This document shows positions 23,716 to 32,599 of a DNA stretch of 63,557 nt, piece by piece (within the stretch, counting starts at the first letter, position 1; each line of letters begins with the position of its first letter). This DNA comes from an uncultured Prevotellaceae bacterium (GTDB lineage Bacteria; Bacteroidota; Bacteroidia; Bacteroidales; Bacteroidaceae). The stretch lies in contig CAMJOE010000001.1 of NCBI GenBank assembly GCA_946407485.1, positions 1 to 63,557 of the forward strand, read 5' to 3'. Below the pieces are notes generated by a model. It was not told where the DNA came from. It ran no database searches and saw only the letters and a list, made by a program, of their open reading frames with translations. Position numbers and translations under genes: made by a program.

Positions 23716-26700
23716 CTACTTGACCACGACCTTCCGCCCGTTCCTTATATATATGCCCTTTGGCAACTGTCCGTTTGGCCTGCCCGCTTTGACCGCCTGG
23801 CCGCTGAGGTTGTATGTCGTGCCCCGAGCCGGATAATGCCTGTAGAACCTGTCGTCCTCGTGGACGAGGGCGATGCCGTCGGGGTTGGCATCCATGAGGC
23901 GCTCTATACGGAAGTAATCGACGCGGAACTTGCCGGTGCGGTTTTGTCCTGTGACCTGTGTGCCGTCGCCTTTAATGGAGCCGGAACGGATGCCGAGGGT
24001 GAGGTCCTCGCCTTCTGCCACGGTGACTTTCACACTGAGTTCCTGCATGGATTTCCCATCGACGGCCTCGCTGATGTATGAGGCGAAGGAGTTGGTTTCG
24101 CCCGGTGTGAGGTTCTGCTCGTAGGCGTGGGACGAGCCGTAGTATTGCACGGCATTATTGGCGAAGAGGCGTCCCATGCCTTCCAGCCCCGTTTCGCTCC
24201 AGAAGAGGCAGCTGATGCGATAGACGCCGGCCTGCAGTTTGGCGGCGGGTATCGTCTGATAGAGACAGAAGTCGTTGGGCATGGGCCGGTAGCCGGCTGG
24301 CGTGAAGGCGCAGTAGTTCTGCCCATGCATGCCTTCGCCCCTGCCGTAGAGTCCGGAATTGGTCATGGTGTAGGTGCCGGTGTAAGACACGTTCCAGCCG
24401 TACGGGACGCCTTTCACGGTGGCACCATTCGCGAGCTCTGTCTCCGTCTTATACTCGAAGTCGCTGTTCACGATGAGTGCCCGGGTCAGAGAGTCCGGGT
24501 CGCCCTGCGGAAGGTCGCCTATGCGGCGGACGGTGAAATGGTCCACCTTGAACCATCCCGTCTCGTCGGTCTGCCTGCCGTCATTGCTGATGCAGCTTGT
24601 CTTGATGCCTACCGTGAGGTCTTCCCCCTCGTGAACCTGCAGCACGACGCGCATGGGATGCATGATGGTATGTGTCTCGTAGCCTGCCTTGTGCCCTGCG
24701 AAGGAGCTCACCTCGTCGGCCTTGAGGATTTGGTCGTAGTCGCTCTTGTGGGCGTAATACTGCACGTGGTCGTTGGCAAAGAGTCGGCAGGGGCCGCGCT
24801 TGCCGGACTGGTTGAAGAGCCAGCACCCGACCTCATAGACGCCCGGCTGGAGCTTGTCGGCGGGGATGGTCTGATAGAGGCGGAAGTTTTCGGGCATAGG
24901 CTTTGCCTTGAACCAGCAGATGGAGCCTCCCTCGCAGTAGTTGATGGAGCCGTCGCTGTTGCTGATGCCATAGGAATTGCCTGACATCGTGCCCTCCAAC
25001 GTCCAGCCGTAGGGCACGCCTCGCTGTATGCCGCCGGTGGGGTTGGTGCGCACGGAGCCTCCGCTCTTGTAAAGCTCGAAGTCGGGATTGACGAGGAGCT
25101 GGTTGGTGAGTGTCAAGTCCTCGGCATCCGTGCGGCGATAGACGATCTGGCTGATGACGAGGGCGGGGTTCAGGGCATAGAAGCGGAAGGCCACGTCCTT
25201 TGCCGACGTCGCGGTGTAGGAGAAGCGGGCCTCGGCATAGCCATGCATCACGTTGTCGCTCCAGACGTTTGTCTCGGCGTTGCACTTGATGCTTTGCGAG
25301 GTGACGCTGCCGGCGCCGATGCCCATGCCGACGCAGAGGTCGTGGGCGGTCGTGATGGGGAAGGTGGGCAGGCAACGCACGATAATCTGGTACTTGCCCT
25401 TTTCGAGGGGCAGGCTGTACTCTACGTAGGGCGCCTTGCTACGGGCATTGGTTGCCGTATAGGTGGTGTAGTCGATGGGCCAGACGGTAATGCTCTGGCC
25501 TCCCACGCCGAGATTCTCGAGCGTCTGCCAGGTGCCGCGGCTGCCGGTGTAGCTGGTGCCGGGGACGTAGACGTAGCCTTCGTCGAAGACTTCCCCCTTG
25601 GCATCGTTGACCTCGCTTGCCGTAGCGGCGTACGGCATACCGAATTGCGGGCCCGTGGCGCTGGCATTGGGCGACTTGTTCATCATGCCGTTCCACTTGC
25701 CGCCTGCTGTCTGGTTGTTGAAGATGTCCGTGAGATAGACGACGTCGCTGTAGCCGGAGCGTGCCAGGGCTGCGTAGTGCATGGCACGGGCATGGTCGCC
25801 CAGCCCCGCGTACCAATAGCTGAGCTTGGCGCCGTAGGCCTTCAGGTTCTGCCCTGCCGCGGCAAGGATGGGGTATGCGAAAAGCTCGAAGTAGGCATCC
25901 TGAAGCCTTTGCGGGATGCTTTCCTGCAACGAGCGGACGCGGGCGGCAAGCGTCTGGTAGTCCTTGATGCGCTGTTGCATCTCGGGTATCGTCAGCGAGA
26001 CGTGATAGACGCATTCGGGCTTGCTGGCCGACGCAAGGCGATAGTGCTCGAGTCGCATCTCGCCCATTTCATCGGCAAACTCCTCGCCGAAGGTCTTGGC
26101 CGACCACCAACGGCTGAACTCGTGAGCACGCTCGGGGGTCCACTTGCTGACGTCCCAGGCCAGCTCCATGCAGAACTCGAACTCTGCCTCTGCCGGCTTG
26201 ATGTCGCCGACGTTTATCATCCAGAATCGCGTCATGCCGTTTTCGTAGGCTTTCGACAACTCGTAGCTGATGAGCGAGGGTGAGATGGTGCTGAGCCAGA
26301 TGTAGGAGCAGGGGTTGCCGAGGTAGGAGAGGTGGTAGTAGATGCCATGCCCGCCGCTTCGCTTGCGCTCCTTCGCGGTGGGGAGTTGGCGGATGTAGGC
26401 GTAGTTGTCGTCCACCCAGCACATCGTCACGTCGTCGGGTATCTGGAGGCCTGCGTTGTAGAGCGTGAGTGCCTCCTTATAGGGGATGTATATCTGCGGC
26501 ACCTTTGTGGGGTCGCCGCCCAGGGAGTCGGTGATGATTTCGCGTTGGGCTGCGATGATATCGGCGAGGCCCTTCAGCTGGGCTGCCTGTCCGTCGTACC
26601 CCAAAAGGGCAACGTCCTGCAGTCCCCTCATGCCGATGTCGTAGATACCTTCGTAGTCGCGCGCCTCGCCGGCACGTTTTGCCCAGTAGTCGTAGCAGCC

Positions 26701-27708
26701 CTGCGGGTTGGTGGCAAAGGTGAAGTTGTTGCTGTTGTTGCCGCTCTTGAAGCGCGGCCACTCCCAGAGGTTGTCGCGCAGCATGCTGTCGCCGCTGCTC
26801 ATGACGATAGCCCAGGCCTTTGCCAACCGCTTGTTCTCCTCCATCGACCAGAAGGCGCGCGAACTGCCGTGCTTAGCCGGCCAGAGGCAGTTGGCGCGGA
26901 GGCGGAGCAGGAGTTCCATCACCTTCTCGTAGGTGTTAGGTCCTATATTATTATATGTAGCGTCGATGGTCCGCTTGGCCCATGGGAGGAGCGCCCAGTC
27001 TTCGTCGTTGATGAAGAGTCCGCGGTATCGGACGGAGGGTTTCTCCACGTCGGTGCGGTCGCCCTGAACATAGATGCAGGCCATCGGGGCGGGTTCGACG
27101 TCGGCCCACCAGACGTAGGGCGAGACGCCGATTCTGCGGCTGATCTCGAAGAGGCCGTAAGCCGTGCCGCGCGGCGTGCCGCCCAGGACGACGAGGGCTT
27201 GGCCGACGCCCTCCATCGGCTCCTGTACGAGCTGGAGCGCATACGCTTCCCAGACGCCCGTGAGACCAGTGGTATCGACCTTCCCGTCGGCAATGAGCGC
27301 GTCGATGAGGGCGGAGGAACCGATGGTGCCGGCGAGAATGACAGCCTCCTCCATCCCCTCCAAAGGAGGGGTGAACTGCGGGCCATTATCCCCTCCACCT
27401 TCTCGCAGCGGTTCCCCCCTCCTTTGGAGGGGAAGGGGGAGGCTGTAGGGGAGGTTCGGGGAGAAGGTAAGGTTTCTTAGCGTAAGGCTTGTCCCCGTGA
27501 CCGCCTTGATGTCCCGGATGACGCAGCGAGCGGCGGTGGTGACCACCTCGGCATCATTCGCATCCACGACGAACACGGCGTTTGCGTCGGTCCCGACGAT
27601 GGGAAAACCGCTTGCCACCTGCGAGAAGGTCAGGTCCGCCGCGGCTGGCAAGGTGCCGGCAAGCGACAGGATGCAAATCGTCAAATATCGTGACAAATGA
27701 TGCTTCAT
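23716..27708 (-). CDS. GH115-like alpha-glucuronidase with two CBM-like modules and T9SS CTD
   Basis: GTPRGTAYGLFEISRRIGVSPYVWWADV and YRGLFINDEDWALLPWA blocks recalled as GH115 signatures. Duplicated ~190-aa C-terminal modules. C-terminal KGIYIRNGRKVVVK. Confidence 0.7.
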   Translation of the reverse strand: MKHHLSRYLTICILSLAGTLPAAADLTFSQVASGFPIVGTDANAVFVVDANDAEVVTTAARCVIRDIKAVTGTSLTLRNLTFSPNLPYSLPLPLQRRGEPLREGGGDNGPQFTPPLEGMEEAVILAGTIGSSALIDALIADGKVDTTGLTGVWEAYALQLVQEPMEGVGQALVVLGGTPRGTAYGLFEISRRIGVSPYVWWADVEPAPMACIYVQGDRTDVEKPSVRYRGLFINDEDWALLPWAKRTIDATYNNIGPNTYEKVMELLLRLRANCLWPAKHGSSRAFWSMEENKRLAKAWAIVMSSGDSMLRDNLWEWPRFKSGNNSNNFTFATNPQGCYDYWAKRAGEARDYEGIYDIGMRGLQDVALLGYDGQAAQLKGLADIIAAQREIITDSLGGDPTKVPQIYIPYKEALTLYNAGLQIPDDVTMCWVDDNYAYIRQLPTAKERKRSGGHGIYYHLSYLGNPCSYIWLSTISPSLISYELSKAYENGMTRFWMINVGDIKPAEAEFEFCMELAWDVSKWTPERAHEFSRWWSAKTFGEEFADEMGEMRLEHYRLASASKPECVYHVSLTIPEMQQRIKDYQTLAARVRSLQESIPQRLQDAYFELFAYPILAAAGQNLKAYGAKLSYWYAGLGDHARAMHYAALARSGYSDVVYLTDIFNNQTAGGKWNGMMNKSPNASATGPQFGMPYAATASEVNDAKGEVFDEGYVYVPGTSYTGSRGTWQTLENLGVGGQSITVWPIDYTTYTATNARSKAPYVEYSLPLEKGKYQIIVRCLPTFPITTAHDLCVGMGIGAGSVTSQSIKCNAETNVWSDNVMHGYAEARFSYTATSAKDVAFRFYALNPALVISQIVYRRTDAEDLTLTNQLLVNPDFELYKSGGSVRTNPTGGIQRGVPYGWTLEGTMSGNSYGISNSDGSINYCEGGSICWFKAKPMPENFRLYQTIPADKLQPGVYEVGCWLFNQSGKRGPCRLFANDHVQYYAHKSDYDQILKADEVSSFAGHKAGYETHTIMHPMRVVLQVHEGEDLTVGIKTSCISNDGRQTDETGWFKVDHFTVRRIGDLPQGDPDSLTRALIVNSDFEYKTETELANGATVKGVPYGWNVSYTGTYTMTNSGLYGRGEGMHGQNYCAFTPAGYRPMPNDFCLYQTIPAAKLQAGVYRISCLFWSETGLEGMGRLFANNAVQYYGSSHAYEQNLTPGETNSFASYISEAVDGKSMQELSVKVTVAEGEDLTLGIRSGSIKGDGTQVTGQNRTGKFRVDYFRIERLMDANPDGIALVHEDDRFYRHYPARGTTYNLSGQAVKAGRPNGQLPKGIYIRNGRKVVVK
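27343..27444. repeat. full-length G/C palindromic element, in frame in the GH115-like gene (102 bp)
   Basis: Ends AGCCTCC / GGAGGCT. Hairpins CCCCTCC-AAA-GGAGGGG and CCCCTCC-TTT-GGAGGGG. Confidence 0.8.
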
Positions 27709-27766
27709 GGTCTGAAAAAATGCGTTTTATGATGTCCGAATTGCACTTAAATAATCATCTGCGGAG

Positions 27767-27774
27767 CAAAATTA
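27767..27774 (-). promoter_or_regulatory. -7 box (TAatTTTG) for GH115-like gene
   Basis: 58 nt upstream of ATG 27708. Confidence 0.5.
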
Positions 27775-27950
27775 GCAAAAATTTTTAATATAACAAGCAA
27801 AATAGTGCAAAAAATTTGCAAGGGACGCATTTTTTTATTGCATGAGCGCAGTTTCCTCACGTTGACTAATTGACATGTAAAAGCGTCGGATTGCTTACAC
27901 TTTGCTATTTCAGGGGCGGACAAAACGTGTCGCGTCGGGGCTTCCAACTG

Positions 27951-28085
27951 GAGGCGAAAACGGACGCTTCACGAGGGAAAAGCAAACGCTACACGTAGGA
28001 AAGGCGAACGCAACGTGTTGCGTTTGCCCTCGCAACACGTTGCGAGGGACGATTCGTCACGTCGTTTCTGTAGAGAAAACGTGTC
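27951..28085. repeat. related 22-bp-period array with embedded palindromes
   Basis: CGCTTCACGAGGG.. / CGCTACACGTAGG.. / CGCAACGTGTTGCG.. / CCCTCGCAACACGTTGCGAGGG. Confidence 0.55.
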
Positions 28086-28507
28086 CTAAAACTCCTTTTA
28101 TTGTCCCGAAAGCGAACTTTTTCCGCCTTTCTCCAATTTTTTCGAAAAATAGCATCTTCTGTATCAAGGTGTTACGAAATGAGGCGTTTCTTGAGGCGGG
28201 ACGTACCCCCCTACGTCCCGGCACCCATCGCGCCGCAGAACGAAAATTCTCGAAATAGCAAGAAGTAAGCAAAATGGCGCGTTTTGTGACAAATTGTAAA
28301 ATCAGGAGCCAATGCTTCCCAGCATCGGCAATCACAAAGGCAAAGGGGGAAATCTGCAATTGGCACGTTTTTCGGACGGAGGAAAGTGCCGTGGCGAATG
28401 AGGATGCAGGCTCGTTTTTCCACCTCCGCGTTCAGCCGAAAGTGTCCACGCCTTACATTATAATAAATAAAACTACCCTTTCTCTTGGTATTTTCCGCGG
28501 TTCTTCG

Positions 28508-28515
28508 TACCTTTG
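28508..28515 (+). promoter_or_regulatory. -7 box (TAccTTTG) for HAD phosphatase
   Basis: 21 nt upstream of ATG 28537. Confidence 0.6.
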
Positions 28516-28536
28516 CAGCGCGGAGGAAAAACACAG

Positions 28537-29181
28537 ATGAAGTATAAGGCAATCATATTCGATCTGGACGGGACGCTGACGGATACGCTCGAGGACCTTT
28601 TCCTGAGCGTGAACTACGCCCTGCGCAGCTGCGGGCTGCCCGAAAGACAACTCGACGAGGTGCGGCGCTTCGTAGGTAACGGCGTCAGGAAACTCATCGA
28701 GCGAGCCGTCCCGAAAGGCACGAAAAGGACGGTGCTGGAGAATTGCTTCGAGGCTTTCAAGGCGCACTACATCATTCATTGCCAAGACCATACGTGCCTC
28801 TATCCAGGTGTGGCAACCCTGCTCATGACGCTCCACACCCACGGCTACCGCATGGCGGTGGTCAGCAATAAGCTGCAGACGGGCGTCGACGAACTGTCGC
28901 ACACCTTCTTCAACGGCGTGATAGACGTGGCGATAGGCGAGCAGCCGGGCGTTCCGCGCAAGCCCGAACCGGACATGGTGGAGAAGGCCCTGAGCATGCT
29001 TGGCGTGACGAAGGACGAGGCCATCTATGTGGGCGACTCCGACGTGGACTTGCAGACGGCCTCGAATGCCGGACTGCCATGCATCTCCGTGCTGTGGGGA
29101 TTCCGCAGCAGAGACTTTCTCGTGGCCAACGGCGCCACTATCTTCGCCGAAAAGCCACAGGATGTATTGGCGCTCGTCTAG
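28537..29181 (+). CDS. HAD-superfamily phosphatase (phosphoglycolate phosphatase-like)
   Basis: MKYKAIIFDLDGTLTDT (motif I), VVSNK, GDSDVD. Start placed at ATG 28537, 21 nt after a TAccTTTG box, rather than at the track's 28513. Confidence 0.8.
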   Translation: MKYKAIIFDLDGTLTDTLEDLFLSVNYALRSCGLPERQLDEVRRFVGNGVRKLIERAVPKGTKRTVLENCFEAFKAHYIIHCQDHTCLYPGVATLLMTLHTHGYRMAVVSNKLQTGVDELSHTFFNGVIDVAIGEQPGVPRKPEPDMVEKALSMLGVTKDEAIYVGDSDVDLQTASNAGLPCISVLWGFRSRDFLVANGATIFAEKPQDVLALV

Positions 29182-29275
29182 GCAAACCGTAATTCTCCCT
29201 TCATGATTCATAATCCTGCCAGTCCAATTGCGTTGGATTGCGTAGCAATATGGAGAAAATCACGCTGAACCATAA

Positions 29276-29310
29276 AATTATGAATTATGAATTATGAATT
29301 ATGAATTATT
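29276..29310. repeat. heptamer array AATTATG x4-5
   Basis: Direct reading. Abuts the -7 box at 29316. Confidence 0.9.
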
Positions 29311-29315
29311 TTTCA

Positions 29316-29323
29316 TACCTTTG
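29316..29323 (+). promoter_or_regulatory. -7 box (TAccTTTG) for TPR lipoprotein gene
   Basis: 36 nt upstream of ATG 29360. Directly preceded by an AATTATG x4 array. Confidence 0.6.
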
Positions 29324-29359
29324 CGCCCGAAATAAAGAAGAATAAACCAAAAAGACACA

Positions 29360-31054
29360 ATGAAACGTACAACCAGACTCTTTCTCACGGCAGCTTCGGC
29401 TGCCTTCGTCATGAGCTCCTGCAGCAAGCTCGGCAAGCTCACAGACGAGAATTTCACCGTCACTCCCACACCCCTCGAACTCGTCGGCAACGAAGTGCCG
29501 GCCACCATCAACGGTACCTTCCCCGTCAAGTACATGAAGAAGAAGGCCGAGGTAACCGTCACGCCCGTCCTCAAATACCAAGGCGGCGAGGCCATCGGGC
29601 AGAGCCAGACCTTCCAGGGTGAGAAGGTAGAGGGCAACGGCACCACCATCAGCTACAAGCAGGGCGGCGTCTATACCATGAAGTCCAACTTCACCTATCA
29701 GGACGCCATGCAGAACAGCGACCTCTACGCACGCTTCGAGGCCAAGCTCGGAAATAAAGTGGTCAGCATCCCCGAGGTGAAGATCGGCTACGGCGTGCTC
29801 GCCACAAGCCAGCTCCTCAGCCGCTGCGGCATGAAGGCCTCCACAGCCCCCGACGCCTTCCAGCGCATCATCGAGCAGAAACAAGAGGCCAACATCAAGT
29901 TCCTCATCAATCAGGCAAACCTCCGCGCCAGCGAGCTCAACAGCGTCAGCATAAAGGACTTGGGCAAGATATTGCGTGAAATCAACAACAACGAGGAGAC
30001 GCGTGCCCTGCAGAATATCGAGGTGAGCGCCTACGCAAGCCCCGACGGCAAGTTCAAGTTCAACGAGCAACTCGCCGAGAAGCGCCAGAATGTCAGCGCC
30101 AATTACCTGAAAGGCGAGCTCAAGAAGATTGACATGAAGGCCGACGTCGATACGAAGTTCACCGCCGAAGACTGGGAAGGCTTCCAGGAACTCATCAGCA
30201 AGAGCAACCTCCAGGACAGGGACATCATCCTGCGCGTACTTTCCATGTACAAAGACCCCGAGGAGCGCGAACAGCAGATACGCAACATGAGCGAGGTCTT
30301 CACAGATATCAAGGAGAGCATCCTGCCTGAGCTCCGCCGCGCACGACTCATCGTCAACTACGAGGTCATCGGTCGCAGCGACGATCAGATACTTGCGCAA
30401 TACCAAGACGACCCGAGCAAACTCACCGTCGAAGAGCTCATCTACGGCGCCAACAAACTTATCAAGGACGAGCCGACACGCAACCAATGGTACGAAAACG
30501 TGGCACGTCTGTTCCCCTCTGACTATCGCCCGCTCAACAACCTGGCTCAGCAGGCCATCGCCAACGGCCAGCCCGAGATGGCTGAAACCTATCTGAAGCG
30601 CGCCGTCAGCATCAACAAGAACGCTCCCGAGGTCAACACGAACATGGCGCTTCTCGCCCTGAAGGAAGGCGACATCGCTTCCGCAGAGAGCTACCTCGCA
30701 AAGGGCAGCGGTTCGGATACCTTCAAGGAGGTGATGGGCAACCTTAACATCGCCAAGGGCAACTACATGCAGGCCGCCAGCGACCTCGCAGGCGTGACAA
30801 GCAACAGCGCAGCCCTCGCTCAAATCCTCGCGAAGGACTACGTCGCAGCAAAGAACACGCTGGCTAACATCAAGAATGGCGACGGCATCACCAGCTACTT
30901 GCAAGCCATCCTCGCTGCACGCACAGGAGATGCCGCCACCGTGACCAGCGCACTGGCCAACGCCATCAAGCTCGACCCGACACTCGCCGAACGCGCCGCC
31001 AACGACTATGAGTTCATCAAGTACGCCAGCGCGGTGAAGAGCCTCATCAAGTAA
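29360..31054 (+). CDS. lipoprotein with C-terminal TPR-like repeats, function unknown
   Basis: Lipobox ..AAFVMSSC. The C-terminal third consists of helical TPR-like repeats. Promoter box lies 36 nt upstream. Confidence 0.6.
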   Translation: MKRTTRLFLTAASAAFVMSSCSKLGKLTDENFTVTPTPLELVGNEVPATINGTFPVKYMKKKAEVTVTPVLKYQGGEAIGQSQTFQGEKVEGNGTTISYKQGGVYTMKSNFTYQDAMQNSDLYARFEAKLGNKVVSIPEVKIGYGVLATSQLLSRCGMKASTAPDAFQRIIEQKQEANIKFLINQANLRASELNSVSIKDLGKILREINNNEETRALQNIEVSAYASPDGKFKFNEQLAEKRQNVSANYLKGELKKIDMKADVDTKFTAEDWEGFQELISKSNLQDRDIILRVLSMYKDPEEREQQIRNMSEVFTDIKESILPELRRARLIVNYEVIGRSDDQILAQYQDDPSKLTVEELIYGANKLIKDEPTRNQWYENVARLFPSDYRPLNNLAQQAIANGQPEMAETYLKRAVSINKNAPEVNTNMALLALKEGDIASAESYLAKGSGSDTFKEVMGNLNIAKGNYMQAASDLAGVTSNSAALAQILAKDYVAAKNTLANIKNGDGITSYLQAILAARTGDAATVTSALANAIKLDPTLAERAANDYEFIKYASAVKSLIK

Positions 31055-31059
31055 ACTTT

Positions 31060-31178
31060 AATGAAGTATGAAGTATGATGTATGAAGTATTTGCTACCGC
31101 AAAAACACTGCTTCCAAGAGTTGAGCGGGCTTTCCGCGCGGTAGCAAATCCTTCATACATCATACTTCATACTTCATT
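31060..31178. repeat. 119-bp near-perfect palindrome with ATGAAGT heptamer arms
   Basis: Left arm 31060-31100 pairs with right arm 31138-31178 (about 41 nt, 1-2 mismatches). Confidence 0.85.
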
Positions 31179-32178
31179 ACTTCTCGTCCTCTCCTGCACA
31201 GGACATCCCAAAGAGGTTCGCTTCGAAGGGGAATTCAACCACCTGGAGCAGGGCGAGTTCCTTATCTACAGCAGCGACGAGGCGCTCGACAGGCTCGATA
31301 CCCTGCGCCTTCGCGACGGGCGGTTCGAGTACAAGCTACCCACCATCCAGCCCGCCACACTGCACATCCTCTACCCAAACCAGTCGGAACTTGTCGTCTT
31401 CGCTAACCCCGGAAGCGACATCGTCATAAAAGGCGACGCACAAAACCTCAGCGAAGTGGAGGTCTCGGGCGACGAAGACAACGAGGTCTATACGCAGTTC
31501 CGACTCGAAGCCAACGGCAAGTCGGCCGCCGAAGCAAGGCAAATCGCTCACAACTACATCCTCGAGCACCCCACTCTCTTCATGAGCCAGTACCTCCTGA
31601 CTGCCTATTTCCTTTGCGACGAAACGGCATCCGCACAGGAAGTAACGGAGTTGTACGACAGCCTCAGTCGCGCTTGCCCCGACGACCTTGCACTCTCCAA
31701 ACTCTCTACCCACGTCCGCTCGCTCGGCAAACTTCGCGTCGGCAATCCCCTACCCGACTTTTCCCTCAAGCTACCGCCTAATCATGGGGGCAACGGCGCA
31801 GAGGAAAGGACCGTCAAGAAGGCAGATTATCAAGGCAAACTCCTGTTGATAGCGTTCTGGGCAAGTTGGAAAGGCGGCAGCCAGAGCGCACTCTATCGCG
31901 CCCGACGCCTGCGCCGAGAACTGAAATCAAAAGGCAAAAGCATCGAACTCCTCAGCTATTCGCTCAACGCTGACGAGCGCGAACTGTATCGGGTAGAACG
32001 CCGCGACACCGTCGACTACGAAAGCTTCTGCGACTTCCGCGCTTTCGCCAGCCCCCTCGTCCAGCAATGGGGTATCAGGCAATTGCCTTACATCATCCTC
32101 GTCACACCCGATGGCCGCATCGCCGCCGCAGGAACCGACTGGATGACTGACATACAGCCCACCGCCAGCGAACTGTAG
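31075..32178 (+). CDS. TlpA/thioredoxin-fold lipoprotein with degenerate active site
   Basis: LLIAFWASWKGGSQ aligns to the FWASWCxPC motif of TlpA-like oxidoreductases, but both Cys are absent. The lipobox-like LLLVLSC is encoded by the right arm of a 119-bp palindrome. Confidence 0.55.
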   Translation: MMYEVFATAKTLLPRVERAFRAVANPSYIILHTSLLLVLSCTGHPKEVRFEGEFNHLEQGEFLIYSSDEALDRLDTLRLRDGRFEYKLPTIQPATLHILYPNQSELVVFANPGSDIVIKGDAQNLSEVEVSGDEDNEVYTQFRLEANGKSAAEARQIAHNYILEHPTLFMSQYLLTAYFLCDETASAQEVTELYDSLSRACPDDLALSKLSTHVRSLGKLRVGNPLPDFSLKLPPNHGGNGAEERTVKKADYQGKLLLIAFWASWKGGSQSALYRARRLRRELKSKGKSIELLSYSLNADERELYRVERRDTVDYESFCDFRAFASPLVQQWGIRQLPYIILVTPDGRIAAAGTDWMTDIQPTASEL

Positions 32179-32236
32179 CCCTACAAAATGCAACATGTGC
32201 CGCTAGCCTTTCCCATCACTTGCTATAACTGCACCC

Positions 32237-32345
32237 TCACGTCACCCCTCATACATCTTCACGTCACCCCTCATACCTCTTCACGTCACCCCTCATACCT
32301 CTTCACGTCATCCCTCATACATCTTCACGTCACCCCTCCTTTGGA
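32237..32345. repeat. 22-bp tandem repeat, about 4.7 copies (TCACGTCACCCCTCATACMTCT)
   Basis: Unit starts at 32237, 32259, 32281, 32303 and 32325. Confidence 0.9.
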
Positions 32346-32368
32346 AAGGCAGGGGGAGGCTCTTTTTT
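32333..32368 (+). terminator. hairpin + T-run after the TlpA-like gene (also a partial copy of the G/C palindromic element)
   Basis: CCCCTCC-N13-GGGGAGG, then CTCTTTTTT. Confidence 0.5.
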
Positions 32369-32376
32369 ACATCACA

Positions 32377-32419
32377 TAAAAAAGGAGCCGACTGCTTGTG
32401 TTTAAGCTTTCGGCTCCTT
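32377..32419 (-). terminator. hairpin terminator after tRNA-Pro
   Basis: AAGGAGCCG/CGGCTCCTT stem followed by a T-run on the - strand. Confidence 0.6.
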
Positions 32420-32426
32420 CAAAAGG

Positions 32427-32499
32427 TCGGGATGACAAGACTCGAACTTGCGACCTCGCGCCCCCCAGACGTGTGCGCTACCAACTGCGCTACATCCCG
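32427..32499 (-). tRNA. tRNA-Pro (anticodon GGG)
   Basis: Reverse complement CGGGATGTAGCGCAGTTGGTAGCGCACACGTCTGGGGGGCGCGAGGTCGCAAGTTCGAGTCTTGTCATCCCGA. Acceptor CGGGATG/CATCCCG, anticodon loop CTGGGGG, one A-C mismatch in the anticodon stem. Confidence 0.8.
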
Positions 32500-32518
32500 T
32501 TCCTTACATTTGTGGGTG

Positions 32519-32526
32519 CAAAGGTA
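32519..32526 (-). promoter_or_regulatory. -7 box (TAccTTTG) for tRNA-Pro
   Basis: 19 nt upstream of the tRNA 5' end. Confidence 0.6.
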
Positions 32527-32558
32527 TAACTTTTTTTTGTTCCTTCCAAACTTTTTCG

Positions 32559-32566
32559 TAACTTTG
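32559..32566 (+). promoter_or_regulatory. -7 box (TAacTTTG) for aroA
   Basis: 33 nt upstream of ATG 32600. Confidence 0.6.
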
Positions 32567-32599
32567 TGCCGTAATTCGTGAAATTTCATAAAAAGGTAA

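Noticed and set aside
27747-28552. Short ORFs in the 830-bp spacer (27747-27947 -, 27902-28258 +, 28057-28359 -, 28211-28552 -, 28274-28540 +)
   Set aside because: They overlap one another, span repeat arrays and promoters, and show no motif or signal-peptide logic. I treat the region as non-coding.
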